Shown in pieces: positions 36,286 to 42,363 of a stretch of DNA of 42,363 nt; position 1 is the stretch's first letter; every line of letters starts with the position of its first letter. Made by a program: the position numbers and the translations under genes. The stretch is from positions 1-42,363 of the forward strand of contig JADZAO010000109.1 of the NCBI GenBank assembly GCA_020852535.1, written 5' to 3'. The notes beneath the pieces were generated by a model. That model made no database searches. It was given only the letters and a program-made list of their open reading frames with translations, and was not told the origin of the DNA. This DNA is from Paracoccaceae bacterium (lineage in GTDB: Bacteria > Pseudomonadota > Alphaproteobacteria > Rhodobacterales > Rhodobacteraceae).

Positions 36286-36769
36286 TGCCAACATCTTGAT
36301 GGATGTCGAAGTGGGCGATCTTGTAGCACCAATGTTCAGCCTCGGCTACCGGTTCGCCGTGCCGGACGTACTTTACTACGAGGAATTAGAGGAGCAGCAC
36401 GCGCACCTGCTGGACATGGGGTTACAGACCCGCACGCTGTCGCCCAAAAGTGTTGAGCGCGTTCAGACGCTGAGCCAGACCTACGTCAAGCCGGGGCGCA
36501 ACGACTTGTTCGCCCTCGCGCTGGCCGAAGTCGAGCAATGCCCTCTGCTGACAGGGGACGCCGCGCTGAGGCAGGCCGCAGAAACGGAACAAGTCGAGGT
36601 CAAGGGCACCGTCTGGCTGATTTCGGAGATGGTGCGCGAGCAGCGCATCACCGTGGCGGTGGCTAGAGCGGCGCTGCACAAAATGCGCATCAACGGACGA
36701 CGACTGCCATGGGATAAGGCCGAACAAAGACTGTTGGCGCTTGAAGCAACGCCGCCTCTGAAAGAATAA
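36266..36769 (+). CDS. PIN-domain protein (DUF3368-like), putative RNase toxin
   Basis: ISDANILMD, EE, ND..ALALA, LLTGDAALR acidic PIN pattern; overlaps the upstream gene by 20 nt. Confidence 0.85.
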   Translation: MLLLISDANILMDVEVGDLVAPMFSLGYRFAVPDVLYYEELEEQHAHLLDMGLQTRTLSPKSVERVQTLSQTYVKPGRNDLFALALAEVEQCPLLTGDAALRQAAETEQVEVKGTVWLISEMVREQRITVAVARAALHKMRINGRRLPWDKAEQRLLALEATPPLKE

Positions 36770-36771
36770 GG

Positions 36772-36987
36772 AACGAGAATCAATATGACCAACGGGGATA
36801 CAACAACGATTAAGCCCACCGCCTCGCAACAAGATTGGAAAAGGCAACGACCTTGACTGTCAACATCTTTGAGCGCTTGCCTATTGCTCCCACCTTTCAC
36901 TCCGGGGCCTACCTCGGCCATTGCCATCAAAGCATTCCAAAAGCGATCTCAATTGACGCGAATTTCATTTTTCATTTCAGTTTTCAT
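36772..36987 (-). pseudogene. N-terminal remnant of an M20 N-carbamoyl-amino-acid amidohydrolase (beta-ureidopropionase-like)
   Basis: MKTEMKNEIRVN*DRFWNALMAMAEVGPGVKGGSNRQALKDVDSQGRCLFQSCCEAVGL; TGA at codon 13 (36949-36951); truncated after about 70 codons. Confidence 0.75.
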
Positions 36988-37038
36988 AAAAAGATTCGAA
37001 ATTGACTTACATTTATTGCCGACAAACCAACACTAGAT

Positions 37039-37947
37039 CTACGCGACCGATTTTCTCTTTGAAAATATTTTAACGTTCTGATTTGCCATGTAACTACTAG
37101 CGATAATTAAAGCCACACCAAAAATCTGCAAAATATTTAATGATTTATTGTAAAAAATAAAATCCACTAAGATTGCAACAGCAGGGTAAATAAACGTCAT
37201 GATTGCAATGGTCGATGCCGAAAGATTTCGATAGGCTGAGTACATGAGCACATACGTTAGGCAGGAATGAACCGCGCCCAGTGTGAGCAAATATCCCCAT
37301 TGAACATTGGTAACTTGCGTCACCGATTGCAGATCAGCGAAAGGGAACAAAATAATTACACCCACGATGAGCTGGATTAGCACAATGAGATGCGGGCGAA
37401 CGGCCTTGATTTGTTTGACAATGACTGCTGATATTGCCCAGAACAAAGCCGCAGATATTGCAAGAAATACACCGTGCATATAGCTCGACGAGAAGTCGAG
37501 AAGCTTCGTATCAACGTCAACTACAAATACGACGCCGACAAACGCCAGCAGCATCAGAACCCATTTTTCCTTTGGAACAGATTCTCGAAATATAGCTGAC
37601 CATATAACGACAAACAGAAATGGCTGGATATGATATATGGTTGTCGAAATAGAAATTGAAGCCGTTTTGAAGGATTGAAACAGCATAATCCAGTTGCACA
37701 CCAAAAACACACCGCTCACAAAAATTAACAAGAAATTCTTCTTATTTAGTTCAGTGTTTTTGAAAAAGCCCGTTAGCAGGCAATAAAGGCTCAAAAACAC
37801 AACACCAAATAAACATCGAAAGAAAACCACATTGTGTGCTTGTTGCTTCGATTCAACCACGAAATAGCCTACGGTACCCATAAGCAGCATTGCGGCGAAC
37901 ATTTTTATCACGCCGAACCAGGAATCCTTTGTTACTGTATTTGACAT
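37039..37947 (-). CDS. DMT/EamA family transporter
   Basis: 302 aa, about 10 hydrophobic segments in two repeats, VVFFRC, QP and YP motifs; low GC. Confidence 0.9.
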   Translation of the reverse strand: MSNTVTKDSWFGVIKMFAAMLLMGTVGYFVVESKQQAHNVVFFRCLFGVVFLSLYCLLTGFFKNTELNKKNFLLIFVSGVFLVCNWIMLFQSFKTASISISTTIYHIQPFLFVVIWSAIFRESVPKEKWVLMLLAFVGVVFVVDVDTKLLDFSSSYMHGVFLAISAALFWAISAVIVKQIKAVRPHLIVLIQLIVGVIILFPFADLQSVTQVTNVQWGYLLTLGAVHSCLTYVLMYSAYRNLSASTIAIMTFIYPAVAILVDFIFYNKSLNILQIFGVALIIASSYMANQNVKIFSKRKSVA

Positions 37948-38042
37948 TCAATTTTTCCTAAGTTCGATGGTTATCGATATATCCGGGCTTCAAACAAGCC
38001 TAAGACATTAATAGGCCATGCAAAGATTGGTACCTGCGGAGA

Positions 38043-38135
38043 TCATGCTGGCTTGAGGCATTGATCTATAGCTTAGGCTAGGTCGGCCTGTAAATCCTCT
38101 ACACGTCGCCATCAATCACACCTGAAACATGCGCG
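38043..38135 (-). pseudogene. C-terminal remnant of a Cys/Met-metabolism PLP enzyme
   Basis: The minus strand reads VEDLQADLA*AIDQCLKPA*, resembling the family ending EDVEDLIADLxQAL. The upstream part is scrambled. Confidence 0.4.
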
Positions 38136-38157
38136 AGCTGTCCTTAAGTTGATGTGA

Positions 38158-38445
38158 TCAAGCAACTTGCAGGATCAGGTTTTTACCACACGCCTTGGCG
38201 TACTTGCGAACGGTGGCAATTGAAGGTGAATGCTTACCTGTTGCCAAAGATCGTTCAAGTCGCGCGACTGCTGGTGGCTGCGTGCCCATACGTTGGGCCA
38301 CATCGGCCTGTGTGAGCCCCGCTTCATGTCGAGCCTTGAGCAGGGAGTCCAGTAAAACCGCCTCTTCGCGCTCAATGCGATCAACCTCAGCTTTGACGCC
38401 GGGACGCTTCAACATGGCTTTGATCACTTGGTCATGCGTCTTCAT
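38158..38445 (-). CDS. XRE-family HTH antitoxin (HigA-like)
   Basis: ARHEAGLTQADVAQRMGTQPPAVARLE..PSIATVRKYA; downstream of a RelE-like gene. Confidence 0.88.
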   Translation of the reverse strand: MKTHDQVIKAMLKRPGVKAEVDRIEREEAVLLDSLLKARHEAGLTQADVAQRMGTQPPAVARLERSLATGKHSPSIATVRKYAKACGKNLILQVA

Positions 38446-38763
38446 TTTTAATCTCCTTCAATAGGCTTTTGGCCACTTCCAGTTCATGCTTGGATGTGCG
38501 CTGTGACTTTTTGACAAAACTGTGCAGCATCACAATGAACTTACCAATCAGCGTGCAATAGGACACCCGAGCATGCCCTCTGCACCCTTGAGGCACAACT
38601 CAAACAAACCACCTCCCATCACCTTGGCGTGAGACTCACCCAGGTTAGGGCCAATAGCCAGCATTCTTCGCGTCAGCACAATGTACCAAGCGGCCAAGGT
38701 GTCTGGCAATTCCAGTATCTGAACTTAAACGCCTTCGCTGTAGTACTTGATTTCGAAATCCAT
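38432..38763 (-). pseudogene. RelE/HigB (Gp49/DUF891-like) toxin pseudogene
   Basis: MDFEIKYYSEGV*VQILELP..GPNLGESHAKVMGGGLFEL.LKGAEG, frameshift near 38572, then ARVSYC..IVMLHSFVKKSQRT. TAA at 38725-38727. Confidence 0.88.
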
Positions 38764-38799
38764 AGACGAACATATAACAAATATGTTATTGTTCGTCAA
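38764..38799 (-). promoter_or_regulatory. higBA promoter/operator, probably leaderless
   Basis: Inverted repeat GACGAACA-T-ATAACA-AATA-TGTTAT-TGTTCGTC (38765-38797). TTGACG-N17-TATATG ends 7 nt before the ATG; no SD. Confidence 0.6.
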
Positions 38800-38824
38800 C
38801 CTTTAAACTTGAGCTACAACTCCA

Positions 38825-39057
38825 TTGGTGCCCGGGTTGACGGGGCCAAGATTTTTATCGCCATGCTCCAGATCAACAAGGTCTGGGATCAGTTATTCCC
38901 GACCAAGCAGGAACGCATCGTTCGCCTACTGATCAAGAAGGTGGTGGTCACGCCGCACACCGTCGAGTTGCAATTCCAACCCAATGGCCTCGAGCGGCTG
39001 GCAGCCGAACTGAAACTTCCGTGGCAAACGGCGTCAGTTGATGAAGTGACAGCATGA
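38825..39057 (+). pseudogene. C-terminal remnant of a large serine recombinase
   Basis: VWDQLFPTKQERIVRLLIKKVVVTPHTVELQFQPNGLERL resembles the tail of island recombinase-family proteins. The catalytic domain is absent. ATGA-coupled to the next gene. Confidence 0.75.
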
Positions 39058-39395
39058 ACAAGATAAAGATCAACGCCACGGACAGCGCAGATCTGGTGAC
39101 GGTCGGCAACGGGATTTTCAACGTTACCATCCCAATCAAGATCACCCGGCGGAGCCACCGTTGGCTGACGCTGCTCAAATCCGGCAAGGCCCGGAATCTG
39201 GCCGAGGTTGCTGAGATGGAAGGAATGGACCGGGCCTACGTCAGCCGGATGTTGAATCTCCCCACCATGGCTCCAGACATCGTGGCGTCCATCTTGGACA
39301 AGTCATTACCAGACCACGTCACGTTGTTTGACCTAGCATCTGGGACACCGCTGCTGTGTGATGAGCAGAAAGGGGTAATAGTCAAGACTTCATAA
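39054..39395 (+). CDS. Recombinase-associated HTH protein, apparently internally deleted
   Basis: IPIKITRRS joined directly to HRWLTLLKSG..YVSRMLNL.TMAPDIV.SILD. Homologues as I recall them have about 30 more residues at this junction. May be a pseudogene. Confidence 0.65.
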   Translation: MNKIKINATDSADLVTVGNGIFNVTIPIKITRRSHRWLTLLKSGKARNLAEVAEMEGMDRAYVSRMLNLPTMAPDIVASILDKSLPDHVTLFDLASGTPLLCDEQKGVIVKTS

Positions 39396-39512
39396 CCAGG
39401 GATAATAATGGCTTCGTCAAGAGCAGTTAAAATTTCAAATTGTAGGTTCTTGACCTCATTCTGGACAGTTCTTACAGACTGATGTACTGCTCAGACATGC
39501 AAATCTAGAAAG

Positions 39513-40418
39513 GTGAGAAGAGTGAACACGGCTGAGCTTTTCGCGCAGCAAGCTGTATCTCCAACGCTTGAGTTAGGCGCTTATGAAGAACTTTGGGCGC
39601 GTGACGGGCAGTCGTTCAAAACTCTTGCGGAGCTGTTCCGAAAAAGCGGCAACGACCTTCCCTCTCATTTTGTTAATCCAGAGCTGGCAGCTAAGCGCGC
39701 CCAAGAGGTTCTGCACATCCTGCAGTCAAAACGCATCGACGATGCCCGATTCATTGTGCAAGGCACGATGGAATATCCGGAGGAACTGCGAGCAGCGCGT
39801 TATCCCGTTCAGTTCCTATATTACCGAGGCAGCCTTGACTTGCTTTACATGCCACTGCGAGTAGCCCTTGTCGGCAGCCGTGAGGCGAGCGACGAAGGCA
39901 TTCGGCGTGCACGCAAATTGGCCAAGTGCCTGGTAAATGATAGAGTTGTAGTGGTTTCCGGCTTGGCGAGTGGTATTGACACTGCTGCCCACACGGCAGC
40001 ACTAGAAGCCGGTGGGCAAACCATCGGCGTGATTGGTACTCCGATCAGCGAGACCTATCCACGTGAGAACAGTGAACTTCAGGAACACATCGCCCGCAAT
40101 CACCTTTTGGTAAGCCAGGTTCCGATAATTCGTTATATGCGTCAATCACCAAAGTGGAACCGACTCTTCTTCCCCGAACGCAATGCAACGATGTCCGCTC
40201 TGACCCAAGCAACAGTTATCGTTGAAGCTGGCGAAACGTCGGGAAGTCTTATACAAGGCCGTGCAGCACTTGATCAGGGACGCAAGCTGTTCATATTGGA
40301 AAGCTGCTTCCACCTTGGTCTAAAGTGGCCCGAACGGTTGCAAGCAGCTGGAGCGATCAGGGTGTCTGAATATGAAGAAATCAGAAAACACCTCGGCATT
40401 TCGGGTCATTCGCATTGA
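39513..40418 (+). CDS. DprA/Smf-like SLOG protein (ShosA-like antitoxin)
   Basis: VALVGSR, VVSGLASGIDTAAH, YPREN, FPERN, IVEAGETSGSL. No C-terminal winged helix of competence DprA. Confidence 0.88.
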   Translation: MRRVNTAELFAQQAVSPTLELGAYEELWARDGQSFKTLAELFRKSGNDLPSHFVNPELAAKRAQEVLHILQSKRIDDARFIVQGTMEYPEELRAARYPVQFLYYRGSLDLLYMPLRVALVGSREASDEGIRRARKLAKCLVNDRVVVVSGLASGIDTAAHTAALEAGGQTIGVIGTPISETYPRENSELQEHIARNHLLVSQVPIIRYMRQSPKWNRLFFPERNATMSALTQATVIVEAGETSGSLIQGRAALDQGRKLFILESCFHLGLKWPERLQAAGAIRVSEYEEIRKHLGISGHSH

Positions 40419-41052
40419 TGACACGCTCCGGCACGATCACCCCTGTTTGACTGCCGACGACGAGTGCTTCTGCCTCGGCGAGTACCAACCGCGTGCTGGT
40501 TTCGACGCCAGCCCGGTCAACGATCTGATCTTGAATTACAAGAAGTCGGTGGATAAGCGCGGTCGACCTGAATACATCTACAAGGAAGAGGCCATCGCGA
40601 AGGTGGCTCGCCTAGTCCAAGGCGTGTTCAACGAGAACGCTATCAAAACCTGTACCATTGTACCAATTCCGCCATCAAAGGCCAAGGCCGATGCGCTCTA
40701 TGATGACCGCTTAGTTCGTTCGCTGCGCGCAGTGAATCCGGACCTAGACTTTCGGGAATTGCTGGTCACGAAGGAATCCATGCGCGCCCACCATGAGTTT
40801 CAAGCTGGTGAAAAGCGCCCTACGCCGGACGACCTGTACGCCAATCTGGCCATCGACGAAGCCAGCCTTCATACGCCAGTGAAACAGACCATCATCCTGT
40901 TCGATGACGTGTTGACCAACGGCACTCACTTCAAGGCGTGCAAGCGATTGCTGAATGAACGGCTGCCGAAGTGCTCCATAGTAGGCCTGTTTATCGGCCG
41001 GACCAAACGCCCCGATGTATTGACGGACTTCGACATCATCAACGACTGGTAA
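40372..41052 (+). CDS. Type I phosphoribosyltransferase-fold protein (ComF/ShosT-like toxin)
   Basis: IVPIPPSK and the PRPP loop IILFDDVLTNGTHF; overlaps the DprA-like gene. Confidence 0.82.
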   Translation: MKKSENTSAFRVIRIDDTLRHDHPCLTADDECFCLGEYQPRAGFDASPVNDLILNYKKSVDKRGRPEYIYKEEAIAKVARLVQGVFNENAIKTCTIVPIPPSKAKADALYDDRLVRSLRAVNPDLDFRELLVTKESMRAHHEFQAGEKRPTPDDLYANLAIDEASLHTPVKQTIILFDDVLTNGTHFKACKRLLNERLPKCSIVGLFIGRTKRPDVLTDFDIINDW

Positions 41053-41364
41053 ACCTCAGTAGGTTGGTCTTTCGATGTCTGGCAATCCTTCCAAGGCCTA
41101 AACCGTCTGGTTGCAATTTTCGCTAGCCTGCCAATGTTAAAATCAAACTACTCGATTAGTCCACTCGTAAGTTTTTGATTCTGTTTACCCCAAACTCAAT
41201 GTCTTGTGGAGTTCGGGCCGTTACAGTGTGCAAGACGCGCTGAGAGAAATGGCCTGAAGAGAGAGAACTGGGCGCAGAACTGCGCCAGTAGATGAGGTGG
41301 GCGAGGTCCACAGCTTTCCGCAGGAATCCACAACAACACGGGACAACACGCGCGATCGCCCAAG

Positions 41365-41388
41365 AAAAAACCAACTCAGACGAGTTGG
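41365..41388 (-). terminator. Terminator downstream of tRNA-Ala (island end)
   Basis: Hairpin CCAACTC-AGAC-GAGTTGG with A6 on the + strand. Confidence 0.75.
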
Positions 41389-41399
41389 GGTTTTGGTAT

Positions 41400-41475
<76 letters not shown>

Positions 41476-41649
41476 ACAAGCGCGGTTTTCTCATGTAAGG
41501 ATGCTCGATTGTCAAGCTGGGCTCAGGTCTCAACGACGCATTCTACCTTTGTATGAAGGTCACGTCATCCACACCTCTTCCCCCATGTCGCAATCAGATC
41601 ATAACTAAACTCATAATTCGTCAGCTTCACAATAAATGCACAAATCCGG

Positions 41650-41772
41650 CATCTTCCTGATGGAGCGCTTAAGCTTACGCTCAAAATCCAAAATACCCCT
41701 TTTGATGGACAGCAAATGGAGGGTAAGGTACTCGCAACCTTCGTCACGGGGACGCAGGTGTTCAAGGCCTAA
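41650..41772 (+). pseudogene. pyrC: C-terminal remnant of dihydroorotase (pyrC-like)
   Basis: FLMERLSLRSKSK, frameshift, then NTPFDGQQMEGKVLATFVTGTQVFKA*. It lies directly upstream of plsY, the usual alphaproteobacterial order. Confidence 0.8.
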
Positions 41773-41775
41773 TCA

Positions 41776-42363
41776 ATGCCCGATTTTACAAGTGCACCAC
41801 TCGCCCTGATCCTGACAGCGACGCTGGCCTATCTTTTGGGCTCAATCCCCTTCGGCATCGTCATCACCCGCGCCTTGGGTCTCGGCGACTTGCGCAAGAT
41901 CGGTTCTGGCAATATCGGCGCGACCAATGTGCTGCGGACCGGCAACAAACCTGCAGCCATTGCAACCCTGCTTTTGGATGCAGGCAAGGGCGGCATTGCT
42001 GTGCTCCTAAGTAGTGCTCTGGTAGGTGAAGACGCTGCCCAACTCGCCGCTCTATTTTCCTTCCTCGGCCATCTTTTCCCCGTCTGGATCAACTTCAAAG
42101 TCGGCAAGGGCGACGCGACCTTCATCGGAACATTCCTTGTACTCACATGGCCTACTGGTCTCGCCATCTGCGCCTCATGGGCAGCCATCGCCTTTATCTC
42201 GCGCATTTCCTCGCTATCAGCACTGTTTGCAGCAGCCCTCACCCCAGTCTGGCTAATCCTCTTCGAAGAGGGCGAGAAGGTACTTTTAGCTACACTCCTC
42301 GCTGCCCTCGTCTGGCTACGTCATACCGCCAATATCCAGCGTTTGCGCCGCGGAATAGAACCA
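41776..42363 (+). CDS. plsY: Glycerol-3-phosphate acyltransferase PlsY (runs off the right edge)
   Basis: AYLLGSIPFG, GSGNIGATNVLR, DAGKG, GHLFPVW, RHTANIQRL. Motif 2 is altered (FKVGKGDAT). Confidence 0.93.
   Translation, partial: MPDFTSAPLALILTATLAYLLGSIPFGIVITRALGLGDLRKIGSGNIGATNVLRTGNKPAAIATLLLDAGKGGIAVLLSSALVGEDAAQLAALFSFLGHLFPVWINFKVGKGDATFIGTFLVLTWPTGLAICASWAAIAFISRISSLSALFAAALTPVWLILFEEGEKVLLATLLAALVWLRHTANIQRLRRGIEP

Larger units (their letters stand above)
32453..41399. mobile_element. Decayed, probably composite genomic island integrated at tRNA-Ala(CGC)
   Basis: Abuts the tRNA 3' end and carries a serine-recombinase remnant with its partner gene, TA genes and defence-like genes. 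Base composition is patchy, and there is an internal tRNA-3'-end-like scar. Left boundary approximate. Confidence 0.8.

Noticed and set aside
38629-38824. N-terminal half of the 142-aa ORF
   Set aside because: Antisense to the higB pseudogene and its promoter; only the C-terminal part is recombinase-derived.
41829-42242. 137-aa minus-strand ORF
   Set aside because: Antisense shadow of plsY, which the ORF track missed because it has no stop in the window.

Overview
Chromosomal segment of an alphaproteobacterium; gene content and order point to Rhodobacteraceae. Positions 1-32.4 kb are housekeeping: ccmF (partial), gyrA, trmFO, gluQ, hisI, an IscU/NifU-like gene, recG-ligA, mnmA, bamA-skp-fabZ-lpxA-lpxI-lpxB, tpa, ribE-ribBX-ribH-nusB, 6S RNA, tRNA-His, proS-lolC/E-lolD and an AI-2E transporter-hdaA pair. 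Several long AT-rich spacers look like eroded genes. Positions ~32.45-41.4 kb are a decayed, probably composite genomic island at the 3' end of tRNA-Ala(CGC). Its recombinase, its RelE-type toxin, a TacA-type antitoxin and two metabolic genes are broken. Three defence-like modules are intact: a ~551-aa protein with a HEPN-like RxxxxxH motif, an XRE-ImmA/IrrE peptidase + PIN pair, and a DprA-like + PRTase pair (ShosTA-like). A pyrC remnant and plsY (partial) close the window. The best unannotated signals are (i) a 40-aa membrane peptide behind an alphaproteobacterial LexA box, (ii) a perfect orphan CtrA box with no ctrA at its usual ligA-mnmA locus, and (iii) the island's candidate defence cargo. 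All family calls come from motif recognition by eye; no database searches were run.
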